A DNA stretch of 64,000 bases from Bispira polyomma (GCA_965649765.1 OZ287751.1:44268001-44332000), one strand, 5' to 3'; shown: positions 53,801 through 63,832, counted from the stretch's first letter. Notes: generated by a model not told the origin, from the letters alone. Numbers and translations: made by a program.

Positions 53801-56800
53801 CTACTCACCTTCAATTCACAAATCCAAAACTCATTTCGATCACAGATTCTCCTACAATGCAAAACTATTAAACAGTCTGCCGCAAGAAATTTGTGCTGCT
53901 CCTATCTTGTCATCTTTTAGAAGCAAACGTAGGACATGCTTGGATGCCTAGGCTTTATCTCCCTAGTTTCATATTCATTCCGGTATCTCCTGGGATAGGA
54001 CCACCTCCCGGAAAAGGATGTTATGAGACTTAATATGATCACTATATATGTGGCTTAGAATTCACCTTAATGGAGATTAAGCACTTTTGAAGTTTGATTA
54101 GATTAGATTAAGTTAGTTGAAATCTGTGTGAGATCCTGGGACTCAAAGTTAGTTGAAATCTGTGTGAGATCCTGGGACTCATTGCTAGTAACAAGTAGTA
54201 CAACCCATGGCTGTGGGACTTTGGCAAAAAAAAATTACAGAGCAACTTTTAGTAGGTGAAGCTATGGGCTACAATAGTCCAGTGGTTAGAAGTGTCTGCT
54301 TCATATCCAGTAGCCTCTCGCCTTTGAAGCCTGCATTTAAAAAAATTATTTTGGGCTAGGTACTTGCCATAGGTCAGTGGTTTACAGTACCATTACAAAC
54401 AGTTCTTACAGGCCATCACAATATATGAATAAAGATGTTAAAGTGATGTAAAACCCAAATTAATTTAAATGTGCAAACCCATATGGCCAAAATAAATGTA
54501 TTCAGTTTACTAACGTCCACTGTCTCTAATTTATTTCTTGGAAATGTGTTATAAACAAATCTTCTTTTTTTATTATATAAAACCTACTGTTGTTATTATA
54601 ATCTTGCTTCCCATCACATGTTTGGTTAACAAAGGTTCTACTTCGTAATTATTTCATATACATGTAGTTTTTATTCTGTAATGTTAATTATGTACAAAAT
54701 AACTCTTGAGACTTTAAAAACTTTGGTTAATATTTAACATTTTGTTCCATTTAGGTGTGTGATGTATTTTTTAGTGTGTTTATATGAAATCTGACTTTGC
54801 TCTTTCTGACTACCGGTAATTGTCTAGGACATTGTATTTTCATGTATTCTAAATAAAAACATAAAATAAAAGAAAAAATTGGAAAAAGTAATAGAAAAGA
54901 CAAAAGTTGCACATCAGCATAAGTGATGTAGTATAAAACATTTAGAGACATTGTCATAGTTATAAAATTTGTGAAAAAATATTAAGCAAGGTATATGTGA
55001 TTTTAATTTTTTCTGATATAAAAATGTTTTTTTTGGGGTTTTTGAAAAAGTTATAGTCAAACCCTTTTAAGTAGAAATCTCTTGTGTTGGTTTCTGTTTT
55101 AAATGGAAACAAATGTTAGTCCCACAAAAGCCTTTTCTTTTAAAATTTACCCTGTTAAGTGGAAATTCCGCTTTAAGTAGAGATATTTCTCCTGGTCCAT
55201 TGAGGTTTGATTTGAAGGGGTTCAACTGTGGTTAATTTCTGTGTACATATTTATACCATTTGTTGTAACTGATAATGTGGTGTTGATTACTTTATAATCT
55301 GCATTGTATGTATAAATAAAAACTCTGTAAGTTAAATCATTAAGAACAGTTTACTAATACTAACTGTGATGTCATTGATGTAGTCACAATATCTAATTAT
55401 ATTGAAGTCCTGAGCGTATTCCCAAAAAATCGTAGTTTTAACTTAGTCTTTTGACTTTGGCAGAAAATGTTAAGATTTTGGTCCCAGTTCCAGACTGACA
55501 GTAAGAAAAGATCTTTGTTTAATAATTAGTGTTCACTTTGCTCTTAATACTAAGACTAACAGTAGACTTTTTACATCAGATGACCTAAATAGAATGTTGT
55601 ATAGCATCTGTACACTGTCAATTGTCTGCTGTTTGTATCCTTCTTACTGTTTGTACTGTATTTATTGTTTTTCTCATTCATTTTACAAAATAAAGTACAA
55701 ATAACAACTTGTAATGCTTGCTATGTATATTTCAGGGACTCCGTCTTATGACATCCGTGGCACAGCCGGTATTTGACACCAAGAATGATACAGTGAGTGA
55801 CATATTTTAGGCATGGACCTTACTTTATTGAACTTGGATTTGGGTCCCTAATGAACCTAGGTCTGCTATGTTATAACTTGTTAGCATGTTGCCTACTAAG
55901 GCCACAGTGGCTGATAGAAAAAAACATTCACTCCACAAAATCCTCTAAACACTAAATGTTTTCAGGCAAAAACAGGCAAATGTCCTAAACAAATAGATTA
56001 CATTTTATAATGTACATGGCAATTATAACCAGTCAACATACATTTATAATACAAGGCAGTATTCACAAATATTCTTAAAATACAATTCTTTTAAAATTTT
56101 CTTAGTCTCGGCCAATCAAAATCTCTGGAATAATTTTTTGCATCAATCAAATTGGTTAAGACAGAAATGTAAGAATAATGATTTATTTTCCCAGATACAC
56201 GATGGCATCCTGCTGGGTGTAATGGGGACAGACATCCCTTTGAAGGAACTGACTAAACTCACACCACAGTATAAGGTACTTACAGTATGGCCAAATAACA
56301 TATTAAACCTATCCTTTTACTTTCTTGTGTAAAAGTTTTAGGATGTGATTTTATTTTAAAAAAAGGATTTTAGAATGAATTTTAGTACAACTGTAACGTA
56401 TCATTATTACTCAAGTCTATGAAACACTGTAGAACACCTATAGTGCTTAGATTTCGCATAAAATTGAAATTGTGTTAAAACATGAATCACAAAGCATAAA
56501 TCATAAGTCAGTGCAAGAAAGAGATTAACATTAAAAAGATGACTGAGAAAAAAAAGTATCAAGAGTCTGTACATTATTCCTTAAGGAAAAACAAATACAA
56601 TGTACCGCTATTTACATTACGTTAATATATTCCTCTGTGTGGTCTGCTTCTATGTTTATAGCTGGGAGTCAATGGCTATGCATTCGCTATCACAAACAAT
56701 GGCTACATCCTCTTCCATCCTGACTTTAGACCAACAGTAAGTGCATTGTGTCAGCAACTATATAGTCTTTGATGATCTCAAAAATAAACTCCTGAGTAGT

Positions 56801-59800
56801 TAATTGTGTAACATATATTATACCTAGAAACTCATTACCTTTAAAACGTATACTTCCCGCAAACAAGGTTGGCGAGGTATGCGAATACTGGAATTGGTTA
56901 GTCTGTCCGACCATGAACACAATTTTTTTTTGGCCACCACTCGCAAACTAGACTTCCGATTTTGACCATACTTCGTGGAGGGCTGGTACATGGGCTAAAG
57001 AAGACACCAGTAACTATTGGGTCAGATTCAGATAAAAGTAAGTGAATACTGAGTATCTACTTTGTACTTTATTGAGTATTTGCCTTATAAAAACTACTAG
57101 AAATTGGTTGTTTTGCTCAAATAAGTTATTCATCTACTTTTTGATATACCATCAGATGGTAAACTTTGAGAGGTCTAGATCTGTAGCTAAAGCATAGACC
57201 TTTTCAAACCTTTTTAAAAAGCGGTATCCTGTGGTAATTTCCTATCCCTGGCTATCCCTAGATTTTCCTGTTAAATATCAACTTTAGTTGTATTAATCTC
57301 CTCTACAATTTGAAGGTATTTATATTCTTTCAAGCTGTTCAGATAAAAGAGGCTCTATATGTTCTGTGTTTTACAGCAAGGAGATGAGGTAAAGCCAAAC
57401 TACAACAGTGTGGACTTGGATGAAGTAGAACTCTCTGATGTGGATGGTCAGGTAAAGCAGCCATGAGTTCTCTATATATCTGTGTATGGTATTACCTGTA
57501 GGGATATCACGAAATATGATGTGGATGGTCAGGTAAAGCAGCCATGAGTTATCTATGTATCTCTGTGTGGTGTTAAGTATAGGGGTATCACCAAATATGA
57601 TGGGGATGGTCAGGTAAAGCAGCCATGAGTTCTCTATGTATCTCTGTATGGTGTTAAGTATAGGGGAATCACCAAATATGATTTACAATTAGGAATAACC
57701 CATGACAAACTAGAATATACAGCAAGTTTACCAAACTCAGAGTTTGGGTTTTATTATTTTGGTTTTAATTATTTAACCTGCCCTGTAACTATTAAGCAGA
57801 GATTTGGATCAACAGGTGGTGAATTCATCAGTTGTGGCTAGTACCAGACTAGGGACTAATTGGTATACAGTATATACTTTGTATTCTGTTAACACCAACC
57901 CCACAGGTGCAAACATCTACAGATAAAAACATTTTTCTCATCACCACACACCAACCAGATTTTGGTGGACCAAAAGAAGTCATTTCCAAAAACTGGGACT
58001 TCTTAACCAGATCAAATGACGCAAAACACCTACATGATAGAAAGGTCATTTTTGGACACAGACGGAGCAAAAATTTAAAAGACATTCTAGTCAATGCCCG
58101 CGTTCAATACAAACCCAAGGACAAACTGACAGGCATCAACCCGATTGCGCACGTAAACCCTTGCACCACCAAAACCTGTCGCTATTGCCCCAAACTTAAC
58201 CGGTCAGGCAAAATCACCAGTACTTTTACAGGCCGAGACTACTCAAGCAAAATCCGAATTGACTGTAAAAGCGGAAATTTAACATATTGTATCACTTGTA
58301 AAACTTGCAAATTACAGTATGTTGGTCAAACTAAAAGAAGACTAATGGACAGATTCCAAGGTCACTTTTACAACATCTCTACCAAAAACACTAAGGACAC
58401 TATAGACCAACACTACAACCTTCCAGACCGCAACGGACTAGAAGATGTTGAAATACACATAATTGATTTCATTCATGCCCACCCTTTAAGCCCCAACGCA
58501 TTAAATATCAGAAGAACCATAGAGCGCAACTGGCAGCATAAACTTAGAACAAATGCGCCCCAAGGCCTCAACATACAGGAATAATCCAGGACTTACCCAG
58601 CAATCCCTTGCCTCGTTTTAAAAAAAATAAATATATATATATATATTTCAGATTGCTGGTAACTCCATGTCATCTCCATACCCCTTCGGGCTTGGATTCC
58701 TAGGTACCCTTGTGACTAAAAACCCTTTGGTCTGGATAAACCCTTGGTCATCCCCCCATTGTAATCCCCAATCAAACCATGTTACACACCACCGTGGTAC
58801 CATGAGACACTCACTCAGAGTATAGAGTATAAGTGGAACTGGGATAAACCATCCCACACTCTATTCATAAATTACTTTACAATGTACAGTTTTCCCTACT
58901 AAAGGGAAAAATTCCACCTAGTTAGCCTATAACTAACCCCGAACTAATCAGGTGAAACGCGTCTGATGAGCCTCTTCGGCGAAACCGTGTTCAGAATCCA
59001 TATAAATTACCAATAATAATATGGAATGGCAACACCCCTTTAATAAGACCATCATCAGTCTTGTGATGTCACGACCACTATGACATCACAATACTGTGAC
59101 ATCACAGTCACCCCAGTTAAGACTGGTCAATCAACAAATTTATTTAAATATATTGGACACAGGATACTTTTCCAAGGTTACCAGATGTACATGTTTTAAT
59201 CCAAATCATTCTAGCACGGTCACGCAACCGGACAGACGTACTGGAGAGCCATAGTAACTTCTTGCCACGTTTCAATATATATACTTTGTATAGGGTTGTG
59301 TATTCATCAGTTCTTGTGGTGTGGCTAGTACCACACTAGGGACTAATTGGTATACGGTATATACTTTGGATAGGGTTGCATATTCATCAGTTGTTGTGGC
59401 TAGTACCAGACTAGGGACTAATTGGTATACAGTATATACTTGGGATAGGGTTGTGTATTCGTCAGTTGTTGTGGACACCTGACTTCTACTACTTCTAGAC
59501 AGTCTACTGTATCTATTCCACAGTATTCTGTTTGCTAGTCCTATCTGCTATATTTTCTGAGCATACATTATCTTCTATTATGTACATGAATATGGATATA
59601 TGTAACATATCCTCTATCTTAATTTGCTCATTTTATTATTTTCATATGTATTTATCAACTCAAAGTTACTACTGTATTTTAATTTCCTTCAGAGATAATA
59701 TATTCATATTGTGTGAGATTTACAAGTCTGACTTTCTGAGTTTCTGTGTTTGTATTGTGTTATTGGCTTATATTAGTAGATCATACCATCTGTGTCTTGT

Positions 59801-62800
59801 TGCTCTAAATACATGTTTTGTATAACAACTTTGTTGAGGTTTTTGTAATGCCCCACTATATATAGGCTGTAGAACATTACATAACCTACATAGTCCATCA
59901 CTACCTGTATACCAGTGACAGCAGTTGTGTTGCGCGTAACACACACATAACCATGTGGATAAAATCTTCCATTTCAAAAAGATTTGTAGATAATGTTAGT
60001 AATTTGATTTCTACCTCCAGGAAATTTTAGGTAAATGACTAAATGTCTGTTATATATATCTCAATATTCAATTCAGAAAGAGAAGCTGTGTACATCGAAA
60101 AATACATCATCTGTATTCTAGAAGATAATTGAAATTCTTACAGCATTCTAGTTTTAATACCTCTCAAAGTTGCTGCTGCATTTCTTTCCTCATTTAACAT
60201 ACTTAATTACTTGTTATGTTACACATTATTTTCAGGAACAAACTAATACACTGAATTGATTAATTAGTTTTCTTTCTCCTATTATCACTCACCTTATTTC
60301 CAGGCCGATGACTTTGGTGATATGTATCCTTACGAATCAGAGGTTTGATTACTGATAAACTTATGCTTGAACTAATTATTAATTACACAGCTTAAGATTT
60401 AAACAAAAGCTACAAATAGAAGTAATTAAGTAAAATTATTGATAAATAATTTCAAAGATTTAAAATGTTTTTTTAGTGCTTTCTGTGATCAGACTATGCA
60501 CCGGTGAAGTTATTTGAACAAGAACTATCGAGATATTGTAGCTTTTATTTGAATTTGCATTTATTGTTTTGATTCACAATTTCTTGTTAATCTTGGTATT
60601 GTGACTTTTTTTTATCCTAATTGGGTGTGTATAAATAATTCATATGTGGTTTGTTTCAAAATAACAATTTTTTTTCTTGATTGAGTTATTTGCACTTTTT
60701 CATTGTTTTTGATCTAATTATCTAGACTTGATATACAGTAAGTAATTTATTTCTGTGAAAAGCTAGAAAAACTGCAAGGCACTACAAAGCAAAATAAGTA
60801 CTTAATATATGGCTACAATGCAACATACACAAATAACTTTTTTAAGACACTGATGATTATCTCAAATTGAACAAGGGAATTTGACAGAATTTAGCTTTTT
60901 AAAATACTCACATAAATGTCCTACATATTTGGTACAGATACAGAATAGGATGTACCAGTATACAATATTGTTATTCATGATTGGATTGTATTAACCTTTG
61001 GTCATGTAATAAACTTTACGGATTAAAAAAATAACAGTCAGTGGTTTCAACTTTATATTTATGATACATTTGTACAAAATTTCATAAATTGTCTTTTTTT
61101 TAGCCAAGTGATTGTGTGATTTTTAGTTCAATCTGATACCTTATCAGTCACCTTATCTGATAAGTAGGTTTCATTTACACATTTACACGAATTGCTGCTA
61201 GAATGTGTCATGAATAAATCTATGAGAAAAAAGTCGCCCTACGTGTCGGAATGTTTAAGAAACGTTTCTATAATTGAGGACTCCTTGCACCGTCATGAAT
61301 GTTTTAAACTATTCAAAAATAGCATCACAGATCTGCAATTTGTGGCAGGTTTGAGGGGGTTTCCCAATTTTTATTAAAGGTGATGATTTTCATGACAGTA
61401 TGTGCCATAAATGATTCAGTATGTGGCAGAAAGGGGAGGAGGGGGTTCGTTTCCATGTTTCCATAAATCTGCAAAAGTGAGGGGTAGTGACCATAAGTAG
61501 CTAGTTTATGTACATTTTGGTGGGCATTTGTCTGCAAACATGAGAAGTTGTGACCATAAGTAGCTAGTTTATGTACATTTTGGTGGGCATTTGTCTGTAA
61601 AAGTGGGGGGTAGTGACCATAAGTAGCTAGTTTGTATACATTTTGGTGGGCGTTTGTCTGTAAGAGTGGGAGTAGTAGGAAGTAGTGTGCATTAATTCCA
61701 TGTTAGTCACACATTAGTGACCATAAGTGTGCATTTGTGGCATGTTAATGACATATTAGTGACTATTAGTGTACATTCATTTTATGTTAGTGATGTCTCA
61801 GTGACATGTTAGTGTCAAAAGGTAACACAAATGTTAGTTAAAATTTATGATATCATAATGTGATGTCGGTGGGAAATCTACAGGGGCCACTTTCATTTAT
61901 GCCACTTTCATTTGCTACATTCGATTTATGTCAGTTTAGTTCATTCGTTCAACTCAATGAATAGCTTCGTAGGTACAGTGGAACCCCTTTAAGTAGAACT
62001 TTTTATGGTCCCTCGACATTTGACTTAGAGGGGTTCAACTGTACGTGTCAATCCGACCAGGTCATCTGATCAAACTTTGAGATGCTTAATCTCTTTGTGT
62101 CAGTTAATCTAGACCTAACAAATTCATACTACAATTTACTTTATTGCAATAGTTGGCAATAATACTAAATACTCATTAAATAAAGCACAGTAACAATATT
62201 GATTAAACACATGCTTTGTATATTATAACAGATCTGATTACATTTGTTCTTTATATTTTTGTGATCTGTATCATATATCTATTGTAACATCAAGGCTATA
62301 TATTGTATGGTTTGTTTTGTGATCATGTGACTAACAATTAGGGCACTAACACTTCACATTATATATTTTCTGTTTCTTTAATTCTTTTTACTCAATTTCT
62401 CTTGATTTGATATACATATATCTGTCATCACAGCTTCTTTTTTACAGATTAAATTTCATATGATAGACATATATTAGATAGTTAAGAATTTGATCCTTTA
62501 ACAAAAGAACATATTGTTGATCATGAATATTTAATTGTAGTATCTGAAGTAGTTAAAAAGTTTAGATTTTCAATAAAGATCTGCATAAAAAAAAATGGTG
62601 AATGTGTATGTTAAAACTCAAAATATACTTTTAGTTTACATTGTAAACAAAAGATCGTAAAGATTCTTATTCTTAAATTTTTGTCTCAGTCAATTTAAGT
62701 AGCTAAAAATATTGTTCCAAAGAATCTGATTGGCTGAAGCTAAGAAAATTTAAACAATTGTATCCTAAGAATGTTTGTACATATGGCCCCTGTTCTCTAT

Positions 62801-63832
62801 GTGTTATTCAAATTGACATATACTGCATGTCCTCTTTTATCAACATTTATTTTTACTATATTGTTTAAAGTTCTTACACTGACTTTAATATATTTGCACA
62901 GATTCACAGAATTATAAATGTATGATTGTTACTCAAATAAATATGTAAATTAAAACTGATATCTGAGTATTTTCATATTGGCTTATTAAATAAAAACATT
63001 TAAGCATTAATCAGGAACCTTTCTGAAAATTGAAAACATTTAAGCATTAATTAGGAAACTTTCTGAAAATTGTAGGAGGGCATATTTAAAAAAAATACAA
63101 AATAACATGAATACATGATGCAGAGATCTAGAAGACATCAGAGCATCTCTTGAGCCAAGTTTGGATCTCGAAACCAATTCAGCCTTCTTTGTCATTTTTA
63201 TTGAATTTCTTAGTGTTTTACTAAAAAAATTTATAGCTATGACAAGTTTAGATATGTTTTTAATTAAAATTTGTTCTGCTGGTTTTTACACTAATGAGTA
63301 AGATATTGAACAAATGATTAAAACCAAAAGCTACATGTGCAAGTTGTTTTCTGTAATTTTCAATTCTTCGAATCTACCTGTTAAAAATTTTAAAACAGGT
63401 AAAAATGAACTACAGCGCTATATATTTTTGAACCATGATTTTTCAACCATGATATTTCTTTGTGGATCCTTTCTTGAATCTTCTATATTATGATAACTAT
63501 TTGAGAGAGAAATCTGAAGTTCACTGATAATCTAATATTTGCCACCACTTAAAAACTATATATTTATTTAACAATGTAAAATCTTGCTTAATTTGTAAAA
63601 AATTATTTTGTCACCACAAATATGAGTAAAATGGTAGTCAAATACTTTATAGGATGACAAATAGATCATTAGCAGTGAATTTTTGATTTGTAAGTCTCAT
63701 AACTTAAGATTTGTTTTTGTTTTTCCACAATGGTCTAATCTCTGTTAATTGTACTTATAGCTTAAGAGAGCTATGGTTGACAGAAACACAGGATCCATGA
63801 CAATGGATGTCAAAATGCATTATGATGATATG
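8736..63832 (+). CDS. CACNA2D: Voltage-gated calcium channel alpha2/delta subunit (alpha2delta-3/4/straightjacket-like), multi-exon, partial at both ends
   Basis: Exons join in frame with GT-AG sites and give hallmark motifs: [65 protein letters not shown] (VWA MIDAS), [88 protein letters not shown]. Confidence 0.97.
8993..9328. mobile_element. MITE, PIF/Harbinger-like
   Basis: TIR gcctacgcttcctttcagca / tgctgaaaggaagcttaggc, with TTA on both flanks. Confidence 0.7.
12849..12908 (+). CDS. CACNA2D: alpha2delta exon ([20 protein letters not shown])
   Basis: tttcag|...|gtaggt, 60 nt, phase 0-0; resembles RLVEAAEEAH. Confidence 0.88.
13602..13731 (+). CDS. CACNA2D: alpha2delta exon (IEYPKAKK...[17 protein letters not shown])
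   Basis: ttttcag|...|gtaagt, 130 nt, phase 0-1. Confidence 0.93.
13881..14360. mobile_element. MITE-like element with internal gccc(a/t)gttta subrepeats
   Basis: Imperfect TIR tgtggcagtccacactgttt / gaacagtgtgactgtcaca. Confidence 0.5.
15798..16023. repeat. 41-bp minisatellite, 5 units, running into the exon start
   Basis: Units start at 15798, 15839, 15880, 15921 and 15964; the exon begins with the unit head cctctgaggtc at 16013. Confidence 0.9.
16013..16144 (+). CDS. CACNA2D: alpha2delta exon ([45 protein letters not shown])
   Basis: gtccag|...|gtaaga, 132 nt, phase 1-1. Confidence 0.96.
17263..17317 (+). CDS. CACNA2D: alpha2delta alternative exon 1A ([19 protein letters not shown])
   Basis: tttaaag|...|gtaaga, 55 nt, phase 1-2, open frame, carries DCRxRxW. 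Confidence 0.9.
17810..17990. mobile_element. Tc1/mariner-type MITE; related copies near 10110-10228, 43824-44082, 49501-49672, 55056-55228 and 61976-62041
   Basis: ta-cagtagaacc...ggttctactg-ta: inverted ends with TA flanks. Confidence 0.7.
19484..19553 (+). CDS. CACNA2D: alpha2delta alternative exon 1B ([24 protein letters not shown])
   Basis: cacag|...|gtaagg, 70 nt, phase 1-2, open frame, carries YDCRxRxW. Confidence 0.92.
19569..20464. repeat. 112-bp tandem repeat, 8 copies
   Basis: Units start at 19569, 19681, 19793, 19905, 20017, 20129, 20241 and 20353. Confidence 0.97.
23144..23320 (+). repeat. Ngaro repeat A1
   Basis: About 177 bp, near-identical to 28855-29031. Confidence 0.93.
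23520..24746 (+). pseudogene. Ngaro ORF1 (gag-like, C-terminal Cys/His zinc finger), interrupted by two in-frame TGA codons
   Basis: Track ORFs at 23496, 24060 and 24387 share one frame; stops at 23973-23975 and 24357-24359; [17 protein letters not shown]....C near the C-terminus. Confidence 0.85.
24697..27288 (+). pseudogene. Ngaro ORF2 reverse transcriptase-RNase H, with three in-frame stops
   Basis: Track ORFs at 24697, 25192 and 26947 share one frame; RT motifs [16 protein letters not shown]; RNaseH motifs [25 protein letters not shown]; stops at 25186, 26884 and 27199. Confidence 0.92.
27299..28275 (+). CDS. Ngaro tyrosine recombinase (intact frame, no ATG at the 5' end)
   Basis: Catalytic motifs FFGFYR, HALRR, HGGW, WRY; preceded by an acceptor-like atttgtag. 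Confidence 0.92.
28297..29031 (+). repeat. Ngaro internal B1-A2 repeat junction
   Basis: B1 (558 bp) directly abuts A2 at ...ggaaactg|taaattgaatg... Confidence 0.93.
29511..30068 (+). repeat. Ngaro repeat B2
   Basis: 558 bp; about 10 differences from B1 by eye. Confidence 0.93.
30180..30442 (-). mobile_element. Degenerate SINE
   Basis: Reverse B box gggtttgaaccc with a tRNA-like head. Confidence 0.45.
30572..30722 (+). CDS. CACNA2D: alpha2delta exon, start of VWA domain ([21 protein letters not shown]...DDDFFNVMN)
   Basis: tctag|...|gtaaat, 151 nt, phase 2-0, DxSxS motif. Confidence 0.97.
30741..31495. repeat. 52-bp tandem repeat, about 14 copies
   Basis: Unit agagctatattttagtgccacacaaagagtaaatcattaataagccactgtt. 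Confidence 0.97.
31635..31709 (+). CDS. CACNA2D: alpha2delta exon ([25 protein letters not shown])
   Basis: ctcag|...|gtaggt, 75 nt, phase 0-0. Confidence 0.94.
32248..32337 (+). CDS. CACNA2D: alpha2delta exon ([30 protein letters not shown])
   Basis: aatag|...|gtaaat, 90 nt, phase 0-0. Confidence 0.9.
32830..32943 (+). CDS. CACNA2D: alpha2delta exon ([38 protein letters not shown])
   Basis: ttctag|...|gtaagt, 114 nt, phase 0-0. Confidence 0.95.
33070..33212 (-). mobile_element. Degenerate SINE; a plus-strand copy of the same family lies near 36398-36530
   Basis: Reverse B box (atcgaacc); tgttcacatcttgccca is the reverse complement of tgggcaagatgtgaaca near 36497. Confidence 0.55.
33310..33730 (-). 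mobile_element. L2/CR1-clade LINE 3' fragment
   Basis: [17 protein letters not shown] and AFSDAAPTL on the minus strand. Confidence 0.6.
37344..38241. repeat. 16-bp minisatellite, about 55 copies
   Basis: Variants tgatctctaactgaac and tgatctctatctaaac. Confidence 0.97.
41487..41565 (+). CDS. CACNA2D: alpha2delta exon ([27 protein letters not shown])
   Basis: ttacag|...|gtaaca, 79 nt, phase 0-1. Confidence 0.96.
42456..42505 (+). CDS. CACNA2D: alpha2delta exon ([17 protein letters not shown])
   Basis: tatag|...|gtatgt, 50 nt, phase 1-0. Confidence 0.95.
43055..43275 (+). mobile_element. tRNA-derived SINE
   Basis: A box tggcctagtgg, B box gtttgaatcc, 11-bp TSD gttagagaaaa. Confidence 0.85.
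45047..45130 (+). CDS. CACNA2D: alpha2delta alternative exon 2A ([28 protein letters not shown])
   Basis: ccttag|...|gtaggt, 84 nt, phase 0-0; canonical SRPMV...WTxVYxD. Confidence 0.94.
46435..46660. mobile_element. MITE of a GGCxxGTATTC-ended family; related copies near 13300-13530, 36557-36775 and 45387-45625
   Basis: gggctggtattct ... agaatatagccc inverted ends; an internal segment recurs elsewhere in the window. Confidence 0.55.
48080..48200. repeat. 47-48-bp tandem repeat, about 2.5 copies
   Basis: acatgacatacctat at 48080, 48127 and 48175. Confidence 0.85.
48224..48322 (+). CDS. CACNA2D: alpha2delta alternative exon 2B ([33 protein letters not shown])
   Basis: cacag|...|gtttgt, 99 nt, phase 0-0; clear paralog of 2A. 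The donor position is less certain. Confidence 0.85.
49184..49279 (+). CDS. CACNA2D: alpha2delta alternative exon 2C ([32 protein letters not shown])
   Basis: Pyrimidine tract then attag|...|gtatac, 96 nt, phase 0-0, open frame; aligns to 2A/2B at D...V..RP..., W and VDE. Confidence 0.75.
50917..51173 (+). mobile_element. tRNA-derived SINE, full length
   Basis: A box tggcctagtgg, B box gttcgaatcc, (aaattc)n tail, perfect 14-bp TSD ctttattactataa. Confidence 0.92.
51280..51520 (+). mobile_element. Degenerate SINE
   Basis: tRNA-like head; 3' core (ccttccacc..aagctgcc..aaagcgacatt) shared with the copy near 41590-41935. Confidence 0.5.
52955..53178. repeat. 13-bp minisatellite (tcatatgtataca / tcatatgtacacg)
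   Basis: About 17 units; explains the repetitive ORFs in all three plus frames. Confidence 0.92.
53520..54110 (+). mobile_element. L2/CR1-clade LINE 3' fragment
   Basis: Degenerate [27 protein letters not shown] followed by a (gatta)n tail. Confidence 0.8.
55736..55792 (+). CDS. CACNA2D: alpha2delta exon ([19 protein letters not shown])
   Basis: tttcag|...|gtgagt, 57 nt, phase 0-0. Confidence 0.94.
56195..56275 (+). CDS. CACNA2D: alpha2delta exon ([27 protein letters not shown])
   Basis: cccag|...|gtactt, 81 nt, phase 0-0. Confidence 0.95.
56662..56736 (+). CDS. CACNA2D: alpha2delta exon ([25 protein letters not shown])
   Basis: ttatag|...|gtaagt, 75 nt, phase 0-0. Confidence 0.96.
57377..57451 (+). 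CDS. CACNA2D: alpha2delta exon ([25 protein letters not shown])
   Basis: ttacag|...|gtaaag, 75 nt, phase 0-0. Confidence 0.94.
57437..57682. repeat. 81-bp tandem repeat, 3 copies, spanning the exon end and donor site
   Basis: gatg(t/g)ggatggtcag|gtaaagcagccatgagtt at 57437, 57518 and 57599. Confidence 0.93.
57907..58584 (+). CDS. Penelope-like GIY-YIG endonuclease domain (C-terminal ORF fragment)
   Basis: C..C..C linker, [51 protein letters not shown]. Confidence 0.9.
   Translation: MQTSTDKNIFLITTHQPDFGGPKEVISKNWDFLTRSNDAKHLHDRKVIFGHRRSKNLKDILVNARVQYKPKDKLTGINPIAHVNPCTTKTCRYCPKLNRSGKITSTFTGRDYSSKIRIDCKSGNLTYCITCKTCKLQYVGQTKRRLMDRFQGHFYNISTKNTKDTIDQHYNLPDRNGLEDVEIHIIDFIHAHPLSPNALNIRRTIERNWQHKLRTNAPQGLNIQE
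58954..58995 (+). ncRNA. Hammerhead-ribozyme-like motif in the Penelope UTR (possibly degenerate)
   Basis: CTGATGA (58963-58969), stem II GCC-tcttc-GGC, GAAA (58981-58984); an overlapping upstream GAAACGCGTC. Stems I and III are not cleanly formed. Confidence 0.55.
59278..59475. repeat. About 70-bp minisatellite; its first unit (57822-57884) is separated by the Penelope insertion
   Basis: gtggctagtacca(g/c)actagggactaattggtatac repeated on both sides of the element. Confidence 0.88.
60304..60342 (+). CDS. CACNA2D: probable alpha2delta microexon ([13 protein letters not shown])
   Basis: Long pyrimidine tract then ccag|39 nt|gtttga, phase 0-0, in frame; falls in a variable linker, so there is no motif support. 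Confidence 0.6.
61487..61662. repeat. 63-64-bp tandem repeat, 3 copies
   Basis: gtgaccataagtagctagttt at 61487, 61550 and 61614. Confidence 0.88.
63761..63832 (+). CDS. CACNA2D: alpha2delta exon ([24 protein letters not shown])
   Basis: ttatag|...|gtaagg, 72 nt, phase 0-0; resembles LRNAMVNRKTG. Confidence 0.92.

Larger units (their letters stand above)
57885..59277 (+). mobile_element. 5'-truncated Penelope-like retroelement
   Basis: GIY-YIG ORF, downstream UTR with hammerhead-like core, and candidate 14-bp TSD tatatactttgtat (57871-57884 and 59278-59291). Confidence 0.85.
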
